From assembly GCA_031459875.1 (NCBI GenBank), contig JAVKHQ010000002.1, positions 1-64,000 on the forward strand: 64,000 bases of DNA, written 5' to 3'. Position numbers and translations under genes: made by a program. This DNA comes from Candidatus Fervidifonticultor sextus. Lineage in GTDB: Bacteria > Sysuimicrobiota > Sysuimicrobiia > Sysuimicrobiales > Humicultoraceae. The notes below the pieces were generated by a model. It made no database searches. It was not told the origin of the DNA and was given only the letters and a program-made list of their open reading frames with translations. Below, in pieces: positions 47,272 through 56,497 of this stretch (its first letter is position 1; the number at the start of each line of letters is the position of its first letter).

Positions 47272-48365
47272 GAGAACCAGAAGTGGGTGCCGTGCACGAT
47301 GGGTTGGAGCCGGCGGCCCGACAGCCGTCCGGCGGTCGCCTGACCCAGGATGTTCCAGGTGCTCTTCGTCTGGTCATCGGCGAACTGCACGCCGCGCGCT
47401 GTGAAGGTCAACGTCCTCCCCTCGATCACCGGCGAGAAGACGCCGGCGGCCCCGACGTCCCGTCCGGAGGCCAGGTCGGACGTGTCGAGGGCCGAGGCCG
47501 TCCCCTTCTGGAAGAAGACGACGATGGGCACCCCGCCGACGGTGTCGTGGACGATGCCCACCCGTTCCAGCCGGCTGAACGGATAGGCCACATCCTCACC
47601 CTTGATGGACACCGTCACCACGCGCTCCATCGGCCGCAGCCGGGGATCGCGCTCCCCGGTGTAGAGGAACGGTGACGAGTTGATGTTGTCGTACCCCACG
47701 TACGGGTTGCGGCCGTAGGGGCGGTTGTGCCCGGTCTCCCGTGAGAGCACCTTGCCGCCGGGCCGGGCCCCGCGAAACGCCGCCCACGAGACGATCTGCG
47801 AGGGGAGGAAGGTGAGGCGCTTCCCGGTCAGGTCCCCGACGATGGCCTCCCCCGAGACCTGCCACCACCATGACTCCGTCTGCCGGTCGTACATCACCAG
47901 CGCGCTCCTGTAGAGCCGCCCGGTCGTGCCGAAGTCGTACTCCTGCCCCTCGAGCCGCCGGGCGAAGGTGATCGAGGTGTTGCACAGCGGGCAGAAGGTC
48001 ACCGCAGCCGGCACCCCGCCGACGGTGTCGTTGACGATCTCGTGCCAGATGAGGATCTGGAGCGGGTACGCCCGGGCGTCGGTTCCCTGCTCGAAGAAGA
48101 CGACCGGCTCAGCCGGTTTCAACCACCTGTCGCCCTCGGCCACGGTCTGGAACTTCGGCCGGTCGATGGCGGGGATGCCGTCCTTGGGCGGGCCGCCGGA
48201 GCGGATCTCGCCCGGGGGGACGCTGAACTTCTTGAAATTGGTCTTCCATTCGGTGGGATCGAAGACCCCCTGCGCCCGTGCGATCCCGCCGGGCCCGGGC
48301 ACGACGAGTCCGGCACCCAGCGCGATCACGCCGACAAGCACGACCCCCGATACGCGACCCCGCAT
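47229..48365 (-). CDS. DUF3179 family secreted protein (Cys form)
   Basis: GGPPKDGIPAID, WHEIVND, TFCPLC, MYDRQTES, FWFSW. Confidence 0.85.
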   Translation of the reverse strand: MRGRVSGVVLVGVIALGAGLVVPGPGGIARAQGVFDPTEWKTNFKKFSVPPGEIRSGGPPKDGIPAIDRPKFQTVAEGDRWLKPAEPVVFFEQGTDARAYPLQILIWHEIVNDTVGGVPAAVTFCPLCNTSITFARRLEGQEYDFGTTGRLYRSALVMYDRQTESWWWQVSGEAIVGDLTGKRLTFLPSQIVSWAAFRGARPGGKVLSRETGHNRPYGRNPYVGYDNINSSPFLYTGERDPRLRPMERVVTVSIKGEDVAYPFSRLERVGIVHDTVGGVPIVVFFQKGTASALDTSDLASGRDVGAAGVFSPVIEGRTLTFTARGVQFADDQTKSTWNILGQATAGRLSGRRLQPIVHGTHFWFSWASYRPGTRIWSP

Positions 48366-48462
48366 GGCGTCGCCTCCCGCTGCGCAGATCATCCACCCGC
48401 AGGCCCTTTCGACTAGTGTCGGCGCCCGTCCCCCGGCCTTCTGTAGTCCCGCTCACATCTCC

Positions 48463-48480
48463 CTGTAAGCGGCATTACAG
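48463..48480. promoter_or_regulatory. Palindrome CTGTAA-N6-TTACAG (Crp/Fnr-type spacing)
   Basis: CTGTAAGCGGCATTACAG in a divergent intergenic region. Confidence 0.45.
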
Positions 48481-48545
48481 CACGGAGCGGCCGGGCGTCT
48501 ATCGTTAGGTCTTGTAGCCACTCACCTCAAAAGGAGGGTCAGCCC

Positions 48546-49082
48546 ATGCACATGTCGCGCAGGACTCTCGAGGGCCTCGCGGGAGTCGTCGTCCTGACCG
48601 TGCTTGCGTTTGCCGGGGGGTATCACGTCGCGGCTCAGGGTCGGCTGTCGGACACCTTTGCCGCCTCGTTTGGGCGTCAACTCGCCCAGCAGATGTCCTA
48701 CAAGAGCCCGTTCGAAACCGATGCGCCCGACCACGTCTGGGCCCTGGGAGACGACCAGAGCGTCACGTTCATCCACTTCGACAGGCCCTTCGCCGACGCC
48801 ACCCGGGTCATCTACGTGGGGTTCGGGGTGAAGGGCCGCTGGTGTGCCGAAGACCAGGCGGCGCTTGAGAAGATCGCCGGCAAGGGGTTCACACACTTCC
48901 ACCGGACCGCCAAAGTGGCGACCTGGGACGCCGGCCACGGCGGCGCCAGGGCCGGCGAGCCCGGCTACTGGCTGAAGCACATGGCCGTGGGTCCGGGGTT
49001 CAAGATGCCGTGGGGCGAGGTCAGGCCCGGCGCGACCGACACGGCGTTCATGCCCACGACGGCGCCCAGGTGCGGGTCGTAG
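48546..49082 (+). CDS. Secreted hypothetical protein with His motifs
   Basis: Signal peptide; DHVW, FIHFD, FTHFH, GHGG, WLKH; AGGAGG RBS. Confidence 0.7.
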   Translation: MHMSRRTLEGLAGVVVLTVLAFAGGYHVAAQGRLSDTFAASFGRQLAQQMSYKSPFETDAPDHVWALGDDQSVTFIHFDRPFADATRVIYVGFGVKGRWCAEDQAALEKIAGKGFTHFHRTAKVATWDAGHGGARAGEPGYWLKHMAVGPGFKMPWGEVRPGATDTAFMPTTAPRCGS

Positions 49083-49087
49083 GGAGT

Positions 49088-49540
49088 TTGCCGTACCAGC
49101 GCGCGCGGGGGGCGGCGGAGCGGGCTGCCCCCCTGGTGGCCCTGGTGCTGGCCGTCCTCCTGGCCGCCGTCGGCTGCAGCCGCGGGTCCGGCCCGGGCCC
49201 GCAGGCTGGCACCCCCCAGGTGCGCGGCGACCCAGAGCGCGGCGAGCAGTTGTTTGGCGAGAAGGGGTGTATCGGCTGTCATACCGTCGGTGGCGTCGGA
49301 GGCCAGGTCGGCCCCAACCTGACCGAGGTCGGGCGCCGCGACCTGGCGCGCGAGCGGCCCGGCCGGACCTGGCCGGACGTCTCCGCCTACATCCGGGAGT
49401 CCATCAAAGATCCCCAGGCCTACATCGTGCCGGGGTTTCCCAACCCCTCGCCGATGCCGAGCGCCGAGGTGTTCTTCCTCTCGGAGCGAGACATTGACGA
49501 CCTCGTCGCCTATCTGGTCAGCGTCTCGAGGACGAAGTAG
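49088..49540 (+). CDS. c-type cytochrome (lipoprotein)
   Basis: AVGC lipobox, CIGCH, GPNL, PMP axial Met; start uncertain. Confidence 0.85.
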   Translation: MPYQRARGAAERAAPLVALVLAVLLAAVGCSRGSGPGPQAGTPQVRGDPERGEQLFGEKGCIGCHTVGGVGGQVGPNLTEVGRRDLARERPGRTWPDVSAYIRESIKDPQAYIVPGFPNPSPMPSAEVFFLSERDIDDLVAYLVSVSRTK

Positions 49541-49605
49541 CCGTCTGGGGGCTCGACAGGGCGCAGCACGGGGGATGGCGGCGCCCCGCACGGTCGGTGC
49601 GTTGG

Positions 49606-50310
49606 CTACTCCGCCCGGACCCGCAGCCGATCCAGGTCCAAGACGACGATGTGCCGGTCTTCGACCGCAATCAGCCCCTCGTCACGGAACCGGGCGAGGA
49701 CATTGGTCACGGTCTCGCGCGTCGCCCCGATCATGCTGGCCAGGTCCTGATGGGTCACGCGCAGCGCCAGCCGGCGGCCCTGCCCGTGGGATTCGCCGTA
49801 GGCCTCCGCGAGTCGGACCAGCAGTGTCGCCAGGCGCTCGGGCACATCGCGGAAGGACAGGTTCTCGATCGCCTCCTCGGCCCTGCGCAGCCGTTCGGCC
49901 AGCACCTTCATCACCCGCAACGCCAGCTCGGGCTTGGAGCGGACCAGGTCTTCGAAGTCCTGCCGGCGCAGGACGCAGAGCAGCGTGTCCTCGAAGGCCT
50001 CGCAGTGGACCTCGGCCTGCGCGCCCACCAGCGCCCGCTCGCCAAAGATGTCACCCCGCTCGGGAGGGTCATCCGGGCGGGCGATGACCTTGCCGCGCTC
50101 GTAGCGGCGCATCTGCGTGCGCTGGGCGAGCCGGCGCATGTCCGCCTCGGTCAAATCGGCGAAGATGTTGATGTGCTGCAGGTACCAGAGTTTCTCGTTC
50201 TCGGTGGGAAGCGCGCGGGCGGCTTCGGCCGAACCGCCGGCACGAGGACCAGTCCGGCGGCGCCAGCGTTCCCCCAGCCAGGAAGCAGGCATCGAGGGCA
50301 CCTCTTGCAC
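49606..50310 (-). pseudogene. Crp/Fnr regulator with in-frame deletion in the cNMP domain
   Basis: DDPPER joins directly to GDIFGE; HTH THQDLASMIGATRETVT is intact. Confidence 0.7.
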
Positions 50311-50371
50311 CAGCGGGTCTGCCCGAAGCATACCACACCGGCAGGGAGGGGCAACACAATCACGCATGGCC

Positions 50372-50823
50372 TCAGCGGAAATCTTTTCCTGGGAGGATCC
50401 GTTCTTCGGTCTCCATAATGGCTTCATTGGTCAAGAATCCGGCTTCCTTGAGCCCGGGAATACTGGGAATCACAGGGGCGACGCCGGAAGCCACGATCAC
50501 CTTGTTTGCTTCGACTTCACGGCCTCCCACTTCCAGCCGATTTGGCCCAAGAAAGCGCGCCCGGCCTCTGATCAGGTCGATTCGGGGATTCCGCTGCAAA
50601 CTCCGCTCAACGCCTGAGAAGACAGTGGAGATGACCGCATCCTTGCGGGCCCGAATGCGGGGCCAGTCCACCGCGATCCCCAACGCGCGGAACCCGAACT
50701 CCCCGCCCCGAAGCGCGGTGTGGATCGCCTTACCTGGGCGCCCGTGTCGGCGGCCCGGTTCGCGGCGCCGAGCCCGCCCATGCCTGCCCCGATAACGGCA
50801 AGGGCCGACTGCGCCAGGCGCAT
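50372..50823 (-). pseudogene. Fragmented pyridine nucleotide-disulfide oxidoreductase (Lpd/MerA-like)
   Basis: VIGAGMGG in one frame; VDWPRIRARK...IVASG..P.IPGL...FLTNE in another; redox CxxxxC and C-terminal half missing. Confidence 0.75.
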
Positions 50824-50857
50824 CCCTCCACATTCTCGCCAGCGTTCGAAAGCCTCT

Positions 50858-52270
50858 TTAGTTTACGCAGCAGCTCATCCGTGAAATATCGCGGCGGAAG
50901 GCCTGCGCGGCGAGCTTGATCCCCTCGCTCAGCGTGGGAAAGACATGCACCGTGTCGATGAGATCATCAACTGTCAGCCCAAACTTGACAGCCAGCGTCG
51001 CTTCGTGGATGAGGTCGGCCGCCATGGGCGCGACGACGTGGACCCCCAGGACCTGTGCAGTCTCCGGGTGGATCACCATCTTGATGAGCCCACGGATCTC
51101 CTTGATGACCTTGGCCTTTGAGATCTGGTCGATGCGCACCGTCCGACAGGCGCAGGCGTTGAAGCGCTTCATCGCTTGCTCCTCGGTGAGGCCGACGCCG
51201 GCGACCTGCGGGTTGGTGAACACCGCGTGGGGCACATGTTCGTAGTTAATGGATTTCTGAGATCCGGTGAGGGCGTTCTCGGCAGCCAGATAGCCTTCCT
51301 TGGCGGCTACGGTCTCGAGCTGCATCTTCCCCACGACGTCGCCGGCCGCGTAGATGGTCGGTACCGTGGTCTGCAGCCAGTCGGTGACCTTAATGAAGCC
51401 GCCCCGGGTGACCGCAATGCCCGCCTTGTCGAGGCCGAGCCCGTCGGTATTGGGCGCCACGCCAGCCGCAAGCAGCAGGTGGGTTCCCCTGAACGTGCGG
51501 CGGCCCTGCTCCAACTTCACCTCGGCCACCTTGGTCCCATCGGCCTCCTGATGCACCCGCTCGATCACCGCGGAGGTGTAAATCGCGATGCCCTCCTCCT
51601 CGAGCGATCGCTGCAGTTCTGCGGCGACCTCGGGCTCCTCGCGCGGCAGGACCTGCGGCATCAGCTCCAACACCGTCACCTCGGTGCCGAAGTGGGCGAA
51701 GAGTTGGGCGAATTCGAGACCAAGCGGCCCGGCCCCGACGACGATCAACGACCGGGGCAGTTCCAGCATGGTGAGCGCCGTCTGGTTGTCCAGCCACTCC
51801 ACGCTGTCCAGACCCGGGATCGGCAGGCGCTTCGTCTGGGAACCGGTCGCCAGCACAATGCGGTTGCCCTGCAGGACTTCGCCGTTGACCTCCACCTCAG
51901 TGGGAGACCGCAGGCTGGCACGGCCTTCGATGTACTGGACTCCACTGAGCCCCTCGAGGACGTTGACGTAGTTGCTCTGGCGGTGGGCCGCAACCAGTTT
52001 GTCCTTCTCAAGGACCGCCGTCCGGAAGTCCACGCGTGGTCGGTGTGCGCCCGCGAGGGCCTCAAAGCGCGGGAACTGGGGATAGTAGTACTCGTCCCCG
52101 ACTGTCAGGAGGAACTTGCTCGGCACGCAGCCGACGTTGACGCAGGTTCCTCCTATAGGAAGGCCCGCGTTGATCATCACCGCTGGGGCGCCGAGTTCGG
52201 ACGCGCGCGTCGCCGCTGAGAAGGCTGCCGCCCCGCCGCCAACGATAATCAGATCGAAGCGCTCCATCAT
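50858..52270 (-). CDS. merA: Mercuric reductase (no NmerA domain)
   Basis: [31 protein letters not shown]-terminal SCC. Confidence 0.9.
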   Translation of the reverse strand: MMERFDLIIVGGGAAAFSAATRASELGAPAVMINAGLPIGGTCVNVGCVPSKFLLTVGDEYYYPQFPRFEALAGAHRPRVDFRTAVLEKDKLVAAHRQSNYVNVLEGLSGVQYIEGRASLRSPTEVEVNGEVLQGNRIVLATGSQTKRLPIPGLDSVEWLDNQTALTMLELPRSLIVVGAGPLGLEFAQLFAHFGTEVTVLELMPQVLPREEPEVAAELQRSLEEEGIAIYTSAVIERVHQEADGTKVAEVKLEQGRRTFRGTHLLLAAGVAPNTDGLGLDKAGIAVTRGGFIKVTDWLQTTVPTIYAAGDVVGKMQLETVAAKEGYLAAENALTGSQKSINYEHVPHAVFTNPQVAGVGLTEEQAMKRFNACACRTVRIDQISKAKVIKEIRGLIKMVIHPETAQVLGVHVVAPMAADLIHEATLAVKFGLTVDDLIDTVHVFPTLSEGIKLAAQAFRRDISRMSCCVN

Positions 52271-52668
52271 GACCTCCTCCGTCGCCTGAGAGGCCTCCGT
52301 GCGAGCCGCCCTCGGTCAATAATCGTGCAGCTCTGGATCCGCTCGCAGTTATCTGCGACCAGCTCTTTGGCGATGGCCAGCAGCTTTCCCACCCGGCGGT
52401 CGCCGACACGGTAGAAGACCTGGCGCCCCTCCTGCCGCGTGGCCACATACCCGCACCACCGCAGGCAGGCCAGATGGCTGGACACACGACCCTGAGGAGC
52501 GCCGGTCAGCTCGACAAGGGCCGTGACGTTCTTCTCACTGTCCATGACGGCTTCCAGAATCCGAAGCCGGGTCGGATCTCCCAACGCCCGGAAGAACTTC
52601 GCGAGCAGCAGGTCTTCCGACAGCGCAGGGAGCACAAACGGGGCGGTCATCTGCTCACTCACTGCCAT
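52267..52668 (-). CDS. ArsR/SmtB metalloregulator
   Basis: [23 protein letters not shown]-terminal Cys residues. Confidence 0.9.
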   Translation of the reverse strand: MAVSEQMTAPFVLPALSEDLLLAKFFRALGDPTRLRILEAVMDSEKNVTALVELTGAPQGRVSSHLACLRWCGYVATRQEGRQVFYRVGDRRVGKLLAIAKELVADNCERIQSCTIIDRGRLARRPLRRRRRS

Positions 52669-52692
52669 GGTGACACCCTCCTTCGTTGCGGC

Positions 52693-53418
52693 CTAAGAGC
52701 CGAGTCCCGGCAGAATGCGGCTCGTTGTGAACTGGTAGTAGATGAGATAAGCCCCGGCGGCGACCATGCCGAAGCCCCCTGCCCATCGGACGCAGGGCAC
52801 CAGAGCGCGCAGGGACTGTGCCAGCAGCCCGCGTCCAATTCCTGCGGCAGTCGATAACGCCAGGAGCACCAGGCCCATCCCCAGCCCGTAGGTCAGGAAC
52901 ACGACCAGACCCGGCACGAATCCCCCGGCTGCCAGCGCCTGCGTCGTCACGATGAGGAAGACCGGCAACGTGCATCCTAGGGACGCTAGGCCGTAGCCAG
53001 CCCCGAACAGATAGAACGCTCGGTACCCTCTTGCGCGCATGACCGAGGACCGGCGCTCGGCGGGATTCGGCACGGCCAGGCCGATTTGCCACCGCGGCCG
53101 GACCAGCATGGCAGCACCGGCGCCCACCACGACCGCTCCAATGACCAGCCCCAGCCAGGGGATGTAGCGCGTCATCGCCACGCCGGCTGCAGAGATCAGC
53201 GCGCCGGTCAGCAGAAAGACCGTCAGCACACCCGTGGTCATCCCGAGACCGACCCCCACCCCGCGGAGAACATCGCCCGGCACGTTGGAGTCATTGCCCG
53301 TCCGGCCCACGAAGTACGTGAGGTAGGCAGGCAACATGGCGAATCCACACGGGTTGAGCGTGGCCACCATCCCCGCTGAGAACGCCCATGGAACCAGCGA
53401 GAAGAGATTCTCCATCAC
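52693..53418 (-). CDS. CcdA/DsbD-TM family protein
   Basis: NPCGFAMLPAY and SLGCTLP; about 6 TM helices. Confidence 0.88.
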   Translation of the reverse strand: MMENLFSLVPWAFSAGMVATLNPCGFAMLPAYLTYFVGRTGNDSNVPGDVLRGVGVGLGMTTGVLTVFLLTGALISAAGVAMTRYIPWLGLVIGAVVVGAGAAMLVRPRWQIGLAVPNPAERRSSVMRARGYRAFYLFGAGYGLASLGCTLPVFLIVTTQALAAGGFVPGLVVFLTYGLGMGLVLLALSTAAGIGRGLLAQSLRALVPCVRWAGGFGMVAAGAYLIYYQFTTSRILPGLGS

Positions 53419-54002
53419 AGGATCTGCGCGATCAGGCGCCGCAGGGTCTCCTGGTCCAGGAACCCCTGCCAGCGCGCGCGCACGACGCCCTGCCGATCGA
53501 CGAAGAGGGTCGTCGGCATACTGCGGAGGTGCAGGATCTTCACCACAGTGTGGCCGCTGGGATCGTAGACCGTGGGATACGTGATGCGCAGCTTGTCCAC
53601 CATCCAGCGCAGCGAGTCCTCAGAATCCAGGACGCCGATCCCGAGGACTTGAAGCCCCTGCGCCTTATGGTCCTGAAAGGCGCGCTGTATGCGCGGGATC
53701 TCCGCCCAGCAAGACGCGCACCACGACGCAAAGAAGTTGACCACCGCGGGTTTCCCCTTCAGATCGGCGGCAGAGAACGTCCCGCCCCCCAGGGCGGGAA
53801 GGCTGAAGGCGGGCAGCAGATCGGCCGTTGCCGCGGCGGACCCCGTTGCAGCAATGGGAAGGGGTGATTGCGCGATCGATTGTGGGCGCCCTGCCGACCG
53901 GGTAAAGAGGACAACCCCAACGGCCGCCACGATACCCGCAGCCACCAGGATCCCGAGCGCCTTCGTCATCCGTAAACCCACTTGACGACCCCGGTCCTTC
54001 AT
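53415..54002 (-). CDS. TlpA-family thiol-disulfide oxidoreductase
   Basis: N-terminal anchor, VNFFASWCASC, MPTTLFVD. Confidence 0.88.
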   Translation of the reverse strand: MKDRGRQVGLRMTKALGILVAAGIVAAVGVVLFTRSAGRPQSIAQSPLPIAATGSAAATADLLPAFSLPALGGGTFSAADLKGKPAVVNFFASWCASCWAEIPRIQRAFQDHKAQGLQVLGIGVLDSEDSLRWMVDKLRITYPTVYDPSGHTVVKILHLRSMPTTLFVDRQGVVRARWQGFLDQETLRRLIAQIL

Positions 54003-54046
54003 GGCACCCCTCCTGACCGTAGCACTGCTATGCGCTGATCGTCTGT

Positions 54047-54235
54047 CTACAGCATGCGCTTGCGCCGGGCGACCCTGTAGGCGGCATAGGCAATACCTCC
54101 GAGGCCGACTGCGATCAGCGCGATCTCTCCAAGGAGAAGCCCGGCCCCGATGCTGACGCCCGAAATGAGGAGGATGGGCAGCGCGCAGCAAAACCCCAGA
54201 AATGCGGCAGTGAGCATCGCTTCTCTGGCATTCAC
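54047..54235 (-). CDS. Small two-TM membrane protein with CC motif (MerF/MerT-like)
   Basis: FCCALPILL followed by a second TM and basic tail. Confidence 0.55.
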   Translation of the reverse strand: MNAREAMLTAAFLGFCCALPILLISGVSIGAGLLLGEIALIAVGLGGIAYAAYRVARRKRML

Positions 54236-55170
54236 CGCGGATTCCCCCCTCCAGGCAGTGCGGCTGACCGATCCGTTCGAGCGAACCAGATGCGATCGGG
54301 CGTGCTGGAGTTCCGGTCAGCCGTCCCGACAGCGGCGAGCCACGGGCCGTCCAGTTGAAGCCCGAGCACGGTGCCGGGCATCGTGCCTCGCCAGCGAGCC
54401 CTGTCGGAGGGCGTACGGACAACCACATTCGGACCAATGGCGACCGCGATCTCCCCACGGGGCGACCCGGCGACAAAGACCGGACCCTGAGCATCCGTCC
54501 AGCGTCCCTGCAGGGCGCCTGACAGGCTGACCACGGCCCCCACGCGGCCGCGGAAGTCGCTGACAACGATCGATCCACCGGCGGCTTGCAAAATCGGCAC
54601 CGCCGTCGGACCAAGCGATAGGGACCATCGGCGGCGTCCGGTGCGCGCGTCGATGCCCGTCAATTGGAGGTCGCCGGCGGTGGTTTTCTGGGCTATCGCC
54701 AGCAGGCCCCCAGGGAAGAAGGCCAGATCCGCGTAGCGGGTTCCGGCGAGTGGTACCTGGCGAAGCAGCCGGCCGGTCCTGGCGTCGAAAATAGCCACCG
54801 CCTGAGAGCTCGCAGCGGCAGCGAGCCCGTCGGCGGAAAGGGCGACGGCCGTGACGTTGCGATGGGGCGCCCGCCACTGGACGCCATCGGCCTGCACCGC
54901 CACGACCTCGTGCTCTAACGAACCAGGGCGGACCCGCACCACGCCCGCGAGGAACTGCTCCCCGGCCGCCACCGCATCAAGGGTGACCCCATCGAGCTCC
55001 ACGCGCTTCGACGTGCCTCCGCTCAGCGAGATCAGCAGCAGTTCGTCGCCGCTGGCAAAGACCTGGCGGCCCCTGAGGAGAAAGCCGACCGCCGGAGTCC
55101 CACAGCAGTTGCTGTTGCGATACTCTGCGGACCAGATCTCCCGTGCCGATCGTACATGGAAGCGGTCTCC
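54232..55170 (-). pseudogene. 5'-truncated PQQ/WD40-like beta-propeller protein
   Basis: Repeats FDARTGRLL and IDARTGRRRW; the frame extends upstream (NSNCCGTP) to a TAG at 55171 near IS debris. Confidence 0.5.
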
Positions 55171-55248
55171 CTACCACAGTCGCGCGTGCTCTTCCGACCG
55201 GAAGAAGTTGTTCTAACCTCAGCCTCCGTCCCGGTAGAGATCCGGGAT

Positions 55249-55500
55249 TTACCTGTGCCAAAGGAGCTCTTCGAGCGTCCAGGGGTGATCGGTGAGGCGC
55301 GCGGCCATGGTCGGGGTGCGGTGACGCCACCGGCGCTGCGATGCGCCGTCAGGCATCGCGATCCGGAGGGCCCCGTGGGGTCAGGCGAAGTTGTCGTAGG
55401 CATCGATGAAGTCCAGAGCTTGCTGCAAGGGCCGACGTTTCTTGGAAAAGCCGAGCGTCTTGCGGGCGATCCGGCGGACTTCCTGCCGCAGGGTCAAGTC
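55249..55500 (-). mobile_element. IS1-family transposase C-terminal remnant
   Basis: TLRQEVRRIARKTLGFSKK...YDNFA*PH..LR...RTPTMAARLTDHPWTLEELL. Confidence 0.75.
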
Positions 55501-55746
55501 TCCAGCAGCACCTCGGCATACGGCCGGAAGGCACCTAGGGTGAACAGGGGCAGGGTACCGTCCAGACAGCGACGGATCCGCTGGAACAGGCGCCGTGCGC
55601 TGTAGAGGTTGCGATTGCCGACGATCGACGCCAACCGCAGGCGGTAGTGGGGGGCCACAGCCCGCCGGATCCAAGTACTGCCTACGCTGCGCCCGCGGCC
55701 AGAGGAGACGGGTAACGGCGCTGCGGGCTTATCGCTCCAGGGGAAT

Positions 55747-56426
55747 TTTGGCCTCACCACCACGCGGCCGGGGAGTCTGCTCAAGCCGCACATCCCCATC
55801 CGCTCCTTCGCCCAGTGGGATGAGCACCGCCCCGGTTTTATCGAAATGGATCTCGTGGGTCTTCACCGCACTCACCACGATCCGCGACCAGCTCCCCTTC
55901 CCCCTGCTGGGCCTCGACGCCGACAACGACAACGCCTTCATCAACGCCCACCTGATCGCCTATTGCCGTGCCGAGCACCTCACCTTCACCCGAGCCCGTG
56001 AGTACCGGAAGAATGACCAGGCCTACGTCGAGGAACGGAACGGCGCGGTCATCCGCCGCGTCATCGGCTATGATCGCTATGAGGGCGAGCCGGCGACCGC
56101 GGCCCTCAATGCCGTCTACGAGGTCCTCCGCCTCTGGATCAACTTCTTCCAACCGTCCATGCGACTCATCGCCAGGCAGCGCGTCGGCACGAAAGTCCAC
56201 AAGCGCTACGATCAGGCCAGGACCCCTTACCAGCGAGTCCTCGACTCGCCCACCGTCTTGGCAGCAGACAAGCAGGCGCTCCGAGACCTCTACCTCACCC
56301 TCAATCCCATCAGCATCCGGGACGAGCTCGACCACCGGCTGCAGAGGCTCTGGGCCCTCCGCTCAGAGTAAGATCTACGATGAGTCAACAGGTCCACGGA
56401 GAGTAAGGTTTTCAGATGAGTCAACA
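55747..56426 (+). mobile_element. DDE (rve, ISNCY-like) transposase remnant with right end
   Basis: TRPGSLLKPHIPIR...PGFIEMDLV, then deletion/frameshift, then LDADND..FIN, FTRAREYRKNDQAYVEERN, TPYQR. Confidence 0.8.
56366..56426 (+). repeat. Two direct repeats at the IS end
   Basis: GAGTAAGATCTACGATGAGTCAACA and GAGTAAGGTTTTCAGATGAGTCAACA. Confidence 0.8.
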
Positions 56427-56497
56427 CCAATCACCGCCTGACCTGCCTCAGCGGCGTGAGTGGGGTGGGCCGGGCTGACTGTGCGCCTGCAGACCCG

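Noticed and set aside
47229..48365. DUF3179 as a selenoprotein
   Set aside because: The motif is encoded as CPLC and there is no in-frame TGA.
55381..55383. In-frame TGA followed by CCC CAC, as in the selenoprotein
   Set aside because: It lies in an IS1 transposase remnant at a position that is usually Arg, with no redox motif; a nonsense mutation is more likely.
56366..56426. Mini CRISPR array
   Set aside because: Only two imperfect repeats with a 10-bp spacer, adjoining a transposase; no cas genes or arrays anywhere in the window.
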